From: Takakia lepidozioides
Lineage: Eukaryota; Plantae; Bryophyta
Reading direction: 5' to 3'
DNA length: 64,000 nucleotides
Assembly (NCBI GenBank): GCA_030704615.1
Contig: CM060731.1
Coordinates: 37,262,001-37,326,000, forward strand
The translations under genes and the position numbers were made by a program. The notes beneath the pieces are model-generated. The model searched no databases. It was given only the letters and a program-made list of their open reading frames with translations, and was not told the DNA's origin. Shown here piece by piece: positions 49,317 to 62,005 of the stretch (the first letter of the stretch is position 1; each line of letters begins with the position of its first letter).

Positions 49317-51940
49317 AATTTCTGCCTTGAACCACCCATCTGAGGGAGTGTGCCCAGAGCGAAGATGAGGATGGAATTGCACCCATGAGGTAGGGTTGAA
49401 CAAGTTTGCTCCATGGGCTATGCCTGTGTCTAATTGCTCGTGGTATCCATTTTGCTAACAAGGCCTTAATTTGTTTGCCCGGGTCAATGACACCCAGCCC
49501 TCCATTTCTTTTCTTTTGACACAGTTGATCCCAGCCAACAAGCTCCAAGAAGCTAGCATTTTCTTAAGCTTGGAGATGACTTCTCTCATGGTACTTTGCG
49601 GGGAGAGATTCAAACCCATATGGTGTCCCAACAAAGTATGGGATTCTCCATCTTGCAGCCACCTTAGCCCAATATCGTCTCCCCAGGTTTGGTAGTGTGC
49701 AACTGTAGCTTCATTTTGCAACTTGGAAAGGATCCCTACAGATTTCCTCCAATTAACTTTCAGCCCAGAAGCTTGGCAAAAGGTATGTAAAGCCTGGAGT
49801 GCCTTGTCAATGTTTTGTCTACAGGAGTTATCCAACAGTAGGACAGTGTCGTCTGCATACATAGAAATCTTTTAAAGCATTTCTTCATGGAAAGTAGGCA
49901 GGTGAAGCCCCACAATGTCATGCCTGTGATCCAGTAGGTGACCTAGCGAATCTGCAGCGATTAAGAAGAGGAATGGGGCAAGCGGGCATCCCTGCCTCAC
50001 CGACCTGGATATAGGGAACGGTTGAGATATAACCCCATTAACCATGACTCTGCTTGAGGCCGAGTGGAGCAGGATATGAATCCAAGTGAGGAAGGAGCAT
50101 GTGAGCCCAGATTTTTCCATTGCATGCATGAGGAATTCCCAATCAATGGAATCAAAAGCTTTCTCGAAGTCCAACATGAGAAAGGCTAGAGGTTGATGAT
50201 TTACCATAGCTCGATGAAGCGCCTCATGAGCCAACAAGATGTTATCCAGAATCATACGGTCCTTCAGGAAGCCAGTTTGATTTTTCCTAATAATTCTAGG
50301 CAACAACGGCTGCAACCTCAAGGCAAGTGCCTTCGCAATGATCATGTAAGTGGAATTGAGCAATGTAATCGGGCGGTAATTAGCCATGCTACCTCTATCC
50401 CTTTCTTGATAATCAGAGTTACAAGACCCTCCGAGATCTGAGATGGCATCAGCCTTTTGTCGAGAATGTCATTGGCCATAAGCAGGAATTCATCACCTAA
50501 TGTCTGCCACATTACTTTGGAAAAACTCAAGGCCTGGAGATTTCTTGCATGCCATAGATTCCACTGCCTCACCCAATTCGTCACTGGTAAATGGAGCTGT
50601 AAGGGAGTTTCTATCAAACTCGAAAATTGCACTGGGGATCCTGTGAATTAGAGCAGCCCTAGCTTGATCTCTAGAATCAAATTGTGTCAGTCATTGAAAG
50701 AGTTGTTTGAAGTAGACTACTGCAATGGAAGCCATAGCCTTGGGGTTGTCTGTGGGAACACCAGAGTGTGGATCTGTCAAAACTAGCACTAGGGTAGCAG
50801 CTCTTCTTTGTGCCGCTTTCGTAAAAAAAAGGCTTATTCATTTTCAACGACCAGTTGACTCCTGCTTTGATCTGAATGAACTTTTCCTTGGTATGCAAGA
50901 GCAGTGAGAGATTCCTTTTGGCCGTGTTTTAGGCTGCCATCATATAGGGTCCTTCATGTCCAGATTGCAACTGATACTGGCACACCTGAAGACATTCATT
51001 CAGCGCTTTTTGCTTTCGAGAAGTCTCATATGCTTTCTTCCTTGCGATATGTTGGCAGGCTTTTCGCATCTCCTGGAGCTTTGAGAGAAAAAGCAGCGTT
51101 GGAGAGGTGTAGGGCAGCACAGCCGTAGTCCAGATGGTTTGCAATTCTTGAACCACTAGTGGGTCCTCCAAATTGAATGGGTTTAATTTAAAAAAGCCTC
51201 TCCCCCTTGTTCTGGAACCTAGCATACTGAGCTGCAAATTTATGGCTGCATGATCAAACCCTGGCTGGGTGGGATCGAACGGAATCCTCTTTGACCACTG
51301 CAAGAGTGAACCGTACAATAGAATCTATCCAGCCTTGCTTGATATAAACCTGGTGGGTTTCTGTTGTTTATCTAAGTGAACTTCAGCTCCCCATGGGCTG
51401 GTACAGTGGCGTCAAGAAGACCAACCGCCATACAAAGCGAATCCCAGGAGTTTCTCTCAATGACCGATAAACTGTGGGCAGAGGGGCCGTAACAGTCATC
51501 CTCGTCTTCAACCATGTTGAAGTCACCACCAAACAACCAATGCCGAATGTTTAAAAATTGGAGCAACTTAATTCTGATTAAATCCCACAAAGTCACCATT
51601 TCCTCTTCTGAGTTAGGGGCGCAAATGTTTAGTAGGCCCCGCTTATCCAAAGAGTGCCCTAGATTAAAGGAAAGGAACTGCAATCTCCCCTGAACCCAGA
51701 CCTCACTTGACAGGACATACTGACTCAGAGAAAGAGAAAACAAAACCGTTGTCCCCCCTCCAAAATTTACTCAAGTGGGGTTCCAGAAGGCACTAGCAGG
51801 AGCCCATATGGAGCCCCCAAGCAAGTTAATTTTCAATTAGTCGAGCTTATACTCTTGAATGAAGATAATGAAGATTTTATTTACAAAGTCAGAGGCCCAC
51901 ATTCTGAGCCTGGCTCTTTTTGGGGCCGAGTGCTTAGAGC
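49317..51940 (-). mobile_element. L1-type LINE ORF2, 5' part (AP endonuclease + RT), degenerate
   Basis: EN: GGDFNMV, RLDRF, FDH. RT: NYRPITLLN, LDFEKAFDSIDW, VRQGCPLAPFLF, YADD; then W..LC..K..GGLGV. Confidence 0.92.
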
Positions 51941-51949
51941 CTAGGGGAG

Positions 51950-53813
51950 TGTTTAGCTGTCATATGGGTAGTGGCACATGATTTCAGATGCTACCTCTAT
52001 GACAATCTCTTCACCCTTGTCACGGATCACCAACCATTGAAGTAGTTGATGGAGTCACACAAGCTTACAAAGAAGCTTGCACGGTGGACATTTATGCTTC
52101 AAGAATACAATTTTTAGGTGGTGCATCGAGCCGATATTGTTAATCGGGATGTGGATGGATTGGGTCGCAATCTATGCAGGAATGAACATGATGATATATG
52201 AGTTCGTTGGCATAGTGAAATGGACGAGGAGATGGTGTCATGATGGCATGCATCTGTCTTTTTGTGCATTCTAGCAATAGGAGCTCAAGCTGGTCCATCC
52301 CATGTGATTAGTCATGGAGATAGTATTTATGAGGAACCAGATATCAGTGAGGAGCTTGGTGGTGCTAAGGATGTGCATGAAGATTCAACAGTGTTGGCCT
52401 ACCTTCATATTGGAGAGACAACAGCCAGTGTGACTGCCAAGGAGAGAGATTAGATCCTACAACGAGCCAAGAGGTTCAAGTGGGAGGGGACTCGCATAAT
52501 CTAGATATTGGAGGATGGACGAGCGAGGATCGTGCCTCATCCAACACAATGAGCACGATTGGTAGCCATGCCCATGAGGAGTTGAGACATTTTGGGGTGC
52601 GGCACACGCAAAGGGCAGTATTTGGTGAGGCATGCACACGGATGTGTTGCAATTAGTGACAAGGTGCATGGTGTGTGATAGAGTACGGGCTTCTTTCAAC
52701 GCACTTACTCCACAATTGCATCATTTATCCATTGTGGGTTTGGGCTATCGTTGGAGTCTTGACTTTGCAGGCCCATTGCCACTAACGATTTGCCATAATA
52801 AGTATATGCTAGTGATTATAGAACATTTCTCCAAATGGTTTGAGTTGGTGACATTGCCTGACAAGGTAAGTGATGGGGCTACGTATGCATTCTTAGATCG
52901 AGTGCTTAGCCAATTTGGTGCTCCAACCGAGGTACTCGCGGACCACTAGAGGAGAGAGTTCTTGGGGGGAGTTTCAGGCTTTGTGTGAACAAACCTTGAT
53001 AGATCACCCCACTACTTCTTGGGATCATCTTGAGGCTGATGGTTTGGCGGAGAGAGTTGTACAAACAGTCAAGAGGGGCTTGCGCAAGATTTATGACTTG
53101 CTGAAGGGACACTTAGGAGATTGGGACCTCCAGCTATCTTGGGTGGCCATGGACTACAGATTTAACAAGTAAACATCACTTGTCTCGTTCTCACCTCACT
53201 TTCTTCTCTTTGGCCGAGAGCCAGATTTGCCTGCATCTATTCGCAGGGATACTATAATAGTCCTCAATCTTGATGATCTGGATATATGGGCACAAGCGTG
53301 TGACCAACCGGCAGAGTTGTTCAAGAGAGTCCTATGGCTTTTGAGAACCTTGCGATTGCCCAACACCGAGACACTTTGAGATATGCCAGTATACTTGAAA
53401 GATGATATCAACCAAGGGTTTAACGTTTCCACCCTAAGAATTATGTATATCTGCGGCAGACAGTGCCTACGACCTTGGATGTCACAGTAGGACATGTGAT
53501 CATAAAGATCAGGGAGATGTTGCTTTCAAGAGACATGATTCTGGAGGGTCAAGATGACATGGTGTGGAAAGACCATGTGCACAATTGTGCACCATGTTAC
53601 CTTCCAGATGTGGATGGGAAGATAAATCCTAACCTTACAGTGGTACCTACAGGGTTGCGTTGCATGTTATGTGGGCATGCTGATGGTGCCGCGCCAACCA
53701 TGTTGGTGTGTGACAAATGCTCAAGGAGATGGCACATGAGATGTTTAACACCACCACTTGAAGAGGTTCATAACGGAGAATGGTTGTGTCCACGATGCCT
53801 TAGACAAAAGTAA
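51950..53813 (+). mobile_element. Degenerate gypsy pol remnant (RNase H end, integrase) ending in a PHD finger
   Basis: TDHQPLK; HEELRHFG..C..C; WSLDFAGPLP; DGLAERVVQTVK; C-terminal CMLC...LVCDKCSRRWHMRCLTPPLEEVHNGEWLCPRC. Confidence 0.88.
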
Positions 53814-54799
53814 TAAACATGACAATGGTGAGGTTGGCAAATGATCCAAGATCTAGCTAGTGGGAACTCAACGCCATGGATATTCAATTAAAGATCATAG
53901 ATTGTAAACAGACGATTAACGACGGGCTTTGCATCCGGCCTCTTCATCCATAGACTTTAGAAAATTGGGACATGTGCGATTAAAGACCAAACAATAATCT
54001 TATTGAGATAGATATTTGTCACCTATCCGATGTTAGAGGGACCTAATCACCAACTAAAAAGACGATTATGGCATAACTCTCTAAAATTGTTTGCTTAGAA
54101 TGTTTGATAGACATCGCTGTATGTTATGGCACGATGCTTAAGTGCACGATAGCTGTCATGGTTTTGCTCATGGTTAATTAAATCACTTATTTTTAGTTAA
54201 CTCTGACATTTTGGATATTTATCTTTGTATTTTGTGTGTCGGGCCTTCATTTGGTCTCATGTAATTAAGCCTCCACACTAGAGCACACCCTTTGTAATTC
54301 CGACTCTCCATTTCACTGGTTTACAAGTTGATTGCGACTTTTCGACTACAACAAATGACCCTATTGAATAGTGAACTTGAAATTGAATATTTAAATATAG
54401 GTACTATTAGTGAGATGTATCGACGATATATAATAAAAAGAAAATGGAATATATGTAGAAGGTGTACGGTTTCGCTATTGGGGTGTAGACTTTTATTGCA
54501 AAAAACTAAATAATACAACATTTAATCAATATAATCGAATTCTTTAAAAACAAAATTGTCCTAAAAGGCTGACCATGTATATAGTATATGATTTTTTTAT
54601 ATTATATTATATAATGTTTTACTGTAAATGCTTTTTGAAATTAGAAACATTATTACTATTATTATTATTCAGAACAGGGGACATTATTAATTAAAATGCT
54701 AATTATTCACTGACTCAAAATATTTTTGGATGAAAAGAAAAGCAGTTTGCACGCAGCCATGTTCCATTCAGTTTTCAAAGCAGTTTTCATCCAGTTTCG

Positions 54800-57700
54800 A
54801 TCCAGTATCATGTCAAATCACTCCAAACTAGATTCACTCAACCAGCTAACTTCAGAATTCAACATGAAAATTTAGGGCCGAATCTGATATGAGGGGAAAA
54901 CGGGGTGAAATGTGTTGAAAAAGGTACCTTCTTTAGTAGTGCCTGATTTTATCAATTGTGCCGCTGCTGCTGCAGCTTCCAGTTGACCATCTACCCATGC
55001 AGGTTTCTTGTAGCTATCCTTCCACAGGGAATCATAGGTAATCTGGAGCTTGAAATCCGGCCCTCTTGGATGAATCTGCACCCACACTCTATTCCCTGCT
55101 CCTTCAGCTATCCATGCCTCTGCACAAATCATGCATACATCCTTGCCTTGCTGCTAGCAGCTGACAATGACAACCTAGATTTGTTCTAGGAAACACCCAA
55201 CCCAACTTATCACACTAGTTCCTATGCTCAATTGCATCTGCTACTCTCTATAATCCAACAGGCATTCACCTTCTTGCCTCGATTGTCCCGCCATTGACTG
55301 GGGTCAGAAAAGTATTCATTCCACAGCTTCTCCTCGTCTCTGTTACCTGTTTGTGGATACTTTCCTGTTGTCACATTGGCAGTATCATGTCAAAGTCACT
55401 CCAAACTATCAAAGGTTCACTCAACCAGCTAACTTGCAGAATTTGTGCTCTATCCCTGCTCCTTCAGCTATCCATGCCTCTGCACAAATCATGCATACAT
55501 CCTCGCCTTGCTGCTAGCAGCTGACAATGACAGCCTAGAATTGTCAAAGCAAACACTAGCAGGGAAAACAGGGTGAAATATGTTGAAGAAGGTAGCTTCA
55601 TTAGCAGTGCCTTGTTCTACCAATTGTGCTGCTGCCGCTGCTGTTCCAGTTGACCATCTACCCACTTGTAACCGCTGTGCTATTGAAGAAGGTGCCTTGA
55701 TTACCAGTGCCTGATTTATCAATTATGCCGCTGCTGCTGTGGCTTCCAGTTGACCATCTACCCATGCAGGTTTCTTGTAGCTATCCTTCCACAGGGAATC
55801 ATAGGTAGACTGGAGCTTGAAATGGCCCTCTTGGATGAATCTGGACCCACACTCTATCCCTGCTCCTTCAGCTAATGCCTCTGCACAAATCATGCATACA
55901 TCCTTGCCTTGCTGCTAGCAGCTGACAATAACAGCCTATAACTCTCCCAGCAAACACCCCAACCATACCTATCACAGTAGTTCCTGTGCTGACTTGCATG
56001 TGCTGCCAACAGGCATTCACCTTTTTGCCTCAATTGTTCCACCACTGACTGGGGTCGGAAACGTATTCATTCCAGAGCTTCTCCTCTCTGTTATCTGTTT
56101 TTCGATACTTTCCTGTCGACCACATTGGCAGTAACATATCAAAATCACTCCAAAACCACCATAGATCCACCAACGAGCTAACTTGCAGAATTCAACATGA
56201 AAATTTAGGGACAACTCTGATAACAGGGAAAAACAGGCTGAAATGTGTTGAAGAAGGTGCCTTCATTAGCAGTGTCTTGTTCTATGAATTGTGCTGCTGC
56301 CGCTGCTGTTTCCAGTTGACCATCTACCCACGCAGATTTCTTGTAGCTATTGATCCACAGGGAATCAGAAGTAATCTTGTGTTTGAAATCCAGCCCTCTT
56401 GGATGAATCTGGACCTCTATCCCTGGTCCTTCAGCTATCCCTGCTTGTGTACAAATCATGAATACATCTTCAGCCTTGCTACTAGCAGCTGACACTAACG
56501 GCGTGAAGTTCTTCCAGCAAACACCCCAACCCTAATGATGAGAGGGCAAAACAGACTGAAATAGGTTGAAGAAGAAGGTGCCCTCACCACATTGTCCTTG
56601 ACCTTGTGATCATGACCCATGGAGGATTCAGGTCTCCAAAGCCTCCATCCCGCACCCCTGTTGTGCACATCCTGCAAGCATCACGTTCCACGACACCACA
56701 TCTCGTTCAGCCATAGTGTTGAACATTCCCTCCACATCCTCAATGCTCCCACATTTGGCATACATGTCCACGAGGGTATTGTTCAGAATCACATCTGGTA
56801 CAATTCCAGCTTTGGTGATGCAACCATGCACCTCTTTTCCCTTTTCCAGGGCTGCCAGGCTTGCACACGCACTGCAAACGCACACAAACATGATGTGGTC
56901 GAGCTTCACCCCTCCCCCCATTATTTGCTTTCAGGTCTCCAAAGTCCCATCCCCCGCTCCTGCTCTGCACACCCTGCAAGCATCGTGTTCCACGACACCA
57001 CATCTCGTTCGGCCATAATGTTGAACACTCCCTTGGCATCCTCAATGCTCCCACATTTGGCATACATGGCCACCAGAGCAATGTTCAGGATGACATCTGG
57101 TACAGTTGCAGATTTGATGATGTCACCAGGGATCTCTTTGCCCTTTTCCGGGGCTGCCAGACGCACTGCAAACGCACACAAACATTATGTTGGCGGCCTC
57201 CCCCCATCATTTGCTCAAAGGTTGGAGCCTCCATCCCGCACCCCTGCTGTGCATACCCTGCAAGCATCGCACTCCACGACACCACATCTCATTCAGCCTT
57301 AGTGTTGAACACTTCCTGATGCACCCACATTTGGCATACATGTCCACCAGGGCAGGGGCAGTGTTCAGAATGACATCTTGTAATCTGACAGGCATTCACC
57401 TTTTTGCCTCGGTTGTCCCACCATTGACTAGGGTCAGAAAAATATTCATTCCACAGCTTCTCCTCGTCTCTGTTACCTGTTTCTGGATACATTCCTGTTG
57501 TCACATTGGCCGTATCATGTCAAAGTCATTCCAAACTATCCTAGATTCACTCAACCAGCTAACTTGCAGAATTCAACATGAAAATTTAGGGCCAATTCTG
57601 ATAAGAGGGGAAAACAGGGTGAAATGTGTTGAAAAAGGTACCTTCATTAGCAGTGCCTGCTTTTATCAATTGTGCCGCTGCTGCTGCGGCTTCCAGTTGA

Positions 57701-59130
57701 CCATCTACCCATGCAGGTTTCTTGTATCTATCCTTCCACAGGGAATCATAGGTAATCTGGAGCTTGAAATCCGGCCCTCTTCTCCCCTTCACCCCTTCTC
57801 CCATCATTCATAGGTCTCCAAAGCCTCCATCCCGCGCCCCGGCTGTGCATACCCTGCAAGCATTGCGTTCCACGACACCACATCTCGTAGCTATAGTGTT
57901 GAACTCTCGTATCCTCAAATGCTCCCACATTTGGCATACATGTCCACCAGAGCAGTGTTCAGGATGAGTTCTGGTACAATTGCAGATTTGATGATGTCAC
58001 CATGGATCTCTTGGCCCTTTTCCAGGGTTGCCAGGCTCGCACACGCATTGCAAACGCACACAAACATTATGTGGTCGGGCTTCACCCCTTCGCCCATCAG
58101 TTGCCCATAGGTCTCCAAAGCCTCCATCCCATGTCCCTGCTGTGCATATATACCCTGCAAGCATCGCACTCCACGACACCACATCTCGTTCAGCCATCGT
58201 GTTGAACACTCCCTTTGCATGCACCCACATTTGTCATACATGTCCAGGGGTGTCCATAATGACATTTGGTAATCTGACAGGCATTCATGGTTGTCCCACC
58301 GTTGACTGGGGTCAGAAAAGTACTCATTCCACAGCTTCTCCTCATCTCTGTTACCTGTTTGTGGATACTTTCATGTTGTCACATTGGCAGTATCATGTCA
58401 AAGTCACTCCAAACTCAATTCACTTAACCAGCTAACTTGCAGAATTCAACATCAAAATTCAGGGCCGATTCTCATAAGAGGGAAAAACAGGGTGAAACAT
58501 GTGGAAGAAGGTGCCTTCATTAGCAGTACCTGATTACATCGAATGTGCCGCTGCTGCTGCGGTTTCCAATTGACCATCTACCCATGCAGGTTTCTTGTAG
58601 CTATCCTTCCACAGGGAATCATAGGTAATCTGGAGCTTGAAATCCGGTCCTCTTGGATGAATCTGCACCCACACTCTATACCTGCTCCTTCAGCTATCCA
58701 TGCTTCTGCACAAATCATGCATACATCCTTGCCTTGCTGCTAGCAGCTGACAATGACAACCTAGATTTTTTCTAGGAAACACCCAACTCAACTTATCACA
58801 CGAGTTCCTATGCTCAATGGCATCTGCTACTCTTTGTATTCCAGTAGGCATTCACCTTTTTGCCTCGATTGTCCCACCATAGCTGGGGTCAGAAAAGTAT
58901 TCATTTCACAGCTTCTCCTCGTCTCTGTTACCTGTTTCTGGATACTTTCCTGTTGTCACATTGGCAGTATCAAGTCAAAAACTATCAAAGGTTCACTCAA
59001 CCAGCTAACTTGCAGAATTCAACATGGAAATTTAGGGCTGTAAAACAGGGTGAAATGTGTTGAAGAAGGTGCCTTGATTAGCAGTGCCTATCAATTGTGC
59101 CCCTGCTGCTGCGGCTTCCAGTTGACATAG
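54800..59130 (-). repeat. Tandem array of about 0.6-kb intron-containing OSB/PDF-motif units interleaved with PLS-PPR fragments
   Basis: About 7 full or partial units. Spliced reading EEKLWNEYFSDPSQWWDNRGKK|IHPRGPDFK..ITYDSLW.DSYKKPAWVDGQL (AAG|GT...CAG|ATT). PPR blocks at about 56630-57375 and 57785-58265. Confidence 0.85.
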
Positions 59131-59353
59131 CACAGTGACATACTGCAGATCATATCTGAATTGCCCTTTGTGGATTCCAATGAAAGACTATTCAAGGTAG
59201 ACATGATATTCCTATCGATGGAATGTGAACTGATACTTGAACAGACTATGACTCTCACCTCATTGACAAACTATCCATGCAGCTTGACCTGAGACTAACA
59301 AATCTGCCATGGCCAAGACAGCCAGGCACAGGAACAAAAGTAGGTGTCCATAC

Positions 59354-59500
59354 CCGTGCAGAGTTGTGAATGCAAGCAGGATCAGGCTCAAGATCATCTT
59401 TGGCAGCTATGAACAGGCAAGGCACCTCAAACCCATTGATCTCCCCATGTGCTGCTACCTTAACCAATAACTCTGCAGAATGCTTCCATGATCATCCGAG
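59354..59500 (-). pseudogene. Isolated exon of mitochondrial Rho GTPase (Miro), second GTPase domain
   Basis: SAELLVKVAAHGEINGFEVPCLFIAAKDDL...IHNSAR followed by a GT donor; resembles plant MIRO EVPCL..AAKDDL. No other clear Miro exons found. Confidence 0.75.
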
Positions 59501-59785
59501 GTGCCATGCCATACCATCCAGGAACATTTCCTCTCAGCCCCTTTATCCAGATGTAGCCCTCGCTCTCTTTCTGCTAGAGGAGCAGTCTGAAATCAACCTC
59601 ACAATTCCTAAATAATGGACATAAATCCACATTCAATTCCACTGGGAATTGAATTGCAATGGCAATTTGGGTCCAGTCTCATATATCCCGGTGGACTGAA
59701 ACATCGCAGCCAGCTCTAGGGTGTTATCGTGAATACAGCCTTAAATGGTACATCAGGGCCACCAGTTTCAGGGAAATGGTAAGTA

Positions 59786-62005
59786 CTAAGTACCCCCCCT
59801 CTCTCTCCAACGATAATGAAAAATCAAAGGGCATTCACCTTTTTGTCTCCATTGCGCTGCTTCCTTCCTCACACCTCGGTCCTCCATAATTTTTCTCACC
59901 TTTGCAGTATCAACCCACATGCCAGCTGCAGCATAGATATTTGATAACAACACATACGTGGCAGCATGCTGTGGATCCCACTTGAGAAGGTGTTTTGCTG
60001 CCCATTCTGCTAGCTTCACATTGTTGTGTACTCTGCAGGCACCAAGCAAGGACATCCACACCCCAGCATCTGGTTCAATTGGCATTTTGGTAATGAAGTC
60101 CTCTGCCTCAACTAATTGCCCTGCACGGCCAAGAAGGTCCACCATGCAGCCAAAATGCTCCACTGTGGGGGCAAGGCCATGAGCTTGCCTCATGGAATCG
60201 AAGTAGTGACGGCCTTCATCTAGTAAGCCTACATGGCTACATGCAGAGAGAACAGATGTAAAACTGATATTGTTTGGCTTCAGGCCTTCTTGTTGCATTT
60301 CTTCAAATAGCTGCAGGGTATCCCTACCACACCCATGCTGAGCGCATCCTGTGATCATGGCATTCCATGACACCGCATCTACTTCAGCCATATTGTCAAA
60401 CACTTGGCACGCATCCTTCATGCTCCCACATTTAGCATACATGTTAACAAGGGTCGTCTCCAGATTAACATATGACACAATTCCAGCTTTGATGATGTCA
60501 GAATGGACCTCTTTGCCCTTTTCAAGGGCACCTAGGCTGGCACACGCATTAAGAACACAGATGAATGTGACCCTGTCAGGCATCACCCCTTCTCGTTGCA
60601 TTTGCTCATAGATCTCAAAAGCTTTCCTACCAAACCCAAGCTGAGCATATCCATCAATCATCGCACTCCATGAGACTACATTTCGTTGAGCCATACCATT
60701 GAACACTTCATGAGCAACCTTCATGTCCCTGCATTTGGCATACATGTCAACAAGGGCAGACTCCAGAATCATGTCTGGAGCAATCCCAGCTTTCTTGAGA
60801 TTATCGTGGACCACCTTGCCCTTTTCCAGGTCTCCCAGGTTGGCACACGCATTGAGAACGCAAATGAAAGTGACCTTGTTGGGTGTCATTCCTTCCAATT
60901 GCATCTGCTCATAGATCTTGAGAGCCTCCCTACCACATCCATGCTGAGCATAACCTGCAATCATGGCGTTCCATGAGACCACATTTCGTCGGGCCATATT
61001 GTCAAACACATGCTGCGCAATCTTCATGCTCCCACATTTGGCATACATGTCAGCAAGGGCAGTCTCCAGAATGATATCCAATGCAATTTCAGCTTGGATA
61101 ATGTCACCATGGACCTTTTCACCCTTTTCCAGAGCTCCTAGGCTGGCACAGGCATTTAGAGCACAAATGAATGTAACCCTATCAGGTATCACCTCTACCC
61201 TTTGCCTTTGCAATTGCTCGTACATCTCCAAAGCCTCCCTACCACACCCATGCTGACCATAACCCCCGATCATGGCATTCCATGAGACCACATTTCGTCT
61301 AGACATGTTGTCAAACACTTCACGCGCAACCTTCATGCTCCCACATTTGGCATACATGTCAACAAGGGCAGTGTCTAGAACGATATCTGGCACAATTTGA
61401 GCTTTAAGTATGTCAGCATGGACCTCTTTGCCCTTATCCAGGACTCCTAAGCTGGCACAAGCATTCACAACACAAATGAATGTGACCTTGTCAGGTATCA
61501 CCCCCTTCCGTTGCATTTGCTCATATATCTCAACGGCCTCCTTCCCACATTTTTGCTTGGCGTATCCTGCTATCATGATAGTCCATGTAAACATATCCCT
61601 TTCACTCATACTGTCAAACACTTGTCGTGCATCGACCATGCTCCCACACTTGGCATACATGTTGACAAGGGTGTTGAGTAGCAAGATATTTGGCTGGAAT
61701 CCACTTTTGGCAATGTGAGTGTGCACCTGCTTTCCCTCTGCTAGGCCTCTCATCTCGATGCACTCCCGCAACAGACAGATATAAGTATTGGAGTTTGCCC
61801 GAATGCCTTGCTGGTTCAAAATGTGTAGTACCTCCTTCAGTCGTCCTTCCTTACAGAGTATCCTCACATTCCCATTGATGACATAACAATTCTTGTTGAC
61901 TCTTTTCCTTGCTTCTCTCTCCAAAGTAGTAGTAATAGTGGGGGTGCTACTGCTGTGGCTACTCTGACGTCTAAGCAACAAGTGTGCCTGATTTACCCCT
62001 GCCAT
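59786..62005 (-). CDS. PLS-class pentatricopeptide repeat protein with E domain, no DYW
   Basis: Intronless ORF of about 740 aa with repeated LVDMYAKCGS..A..VFD.M..RNVVSWNAMI.GY units, HFGCMVDLLGRAG, VWMSLLGACRVH and YVLLSNIYAAAG. The ORF leaves homology after DRGVRKE. ATG at 62005. Confidence 0.93.
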   Translation of the reverse strand: MAGVNQAHLLLRRQSSHSSSTPTITTTLEREARKRVNKNCYVINGNVRILCKEGRLKEVLHILNQQGIRANSNTYICLLRECIEMRGLAEGKQVHTHIAKSGFQPNILLLNTLVNMYAKCGSMVDARQVFDSMSERDMFTWTIMIAGYAKQKCGKEAVEIYEQMQRKGVIPDKVTFICVVNACASLGVLDKGKEVHADILKAQIVPDIVLDTALVDMYAKCGSMKVAREVFDNMSRRNVVSWNAMIGGYGQHGCGREALEMYEQLQRQRVEVIPDRVTFICALNACASLGALEKGEKVHGDIIQAEIALDIILETALADMYAKCGSMKIAQHVFDNMARRNVVSWNAMIAGYAQHGCGREALKIYEQMQLEGMTPNKVTFICVLNACANLGDLEKGKVVHDNLKKAGIAPDMILESALVDMYAKCRDMKVAHEVFNGMAQRNVVSWSAMIDGYAQLGFGRKAFEIYEQMQREGVMPDRVTFICVLNACASLGALEKGKEVHSDIIKAGIVSYVNLETTLVNMYAKCGSMKDACQVFDNMAEVDAVSWNAMITGCAQHGCGRDTLQLFEEMQQEGLKPNNISFTSVLSACSHVGLLDEGRHYFDSMRQAHGLAPTVEHFGCMVDLLGRAGQLVEAEDFITKMPIEPDAGVWMSLLGACRVHNNVKLAEWAAKHLLKWDPQHAATYVLLSNIYAAAGMWVDTAKVRKIMEDRGVRKEAAQWRQKGECPLIFHYRWRERGGT

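Noticed and set aside
59958-61878. Plus-strand ORFs overlapping the PPR gene, and similar antisense ORFs over TE genes
   Set aside because: Shadow ORFs produced by repetitive coding sequence on the opposite strand.
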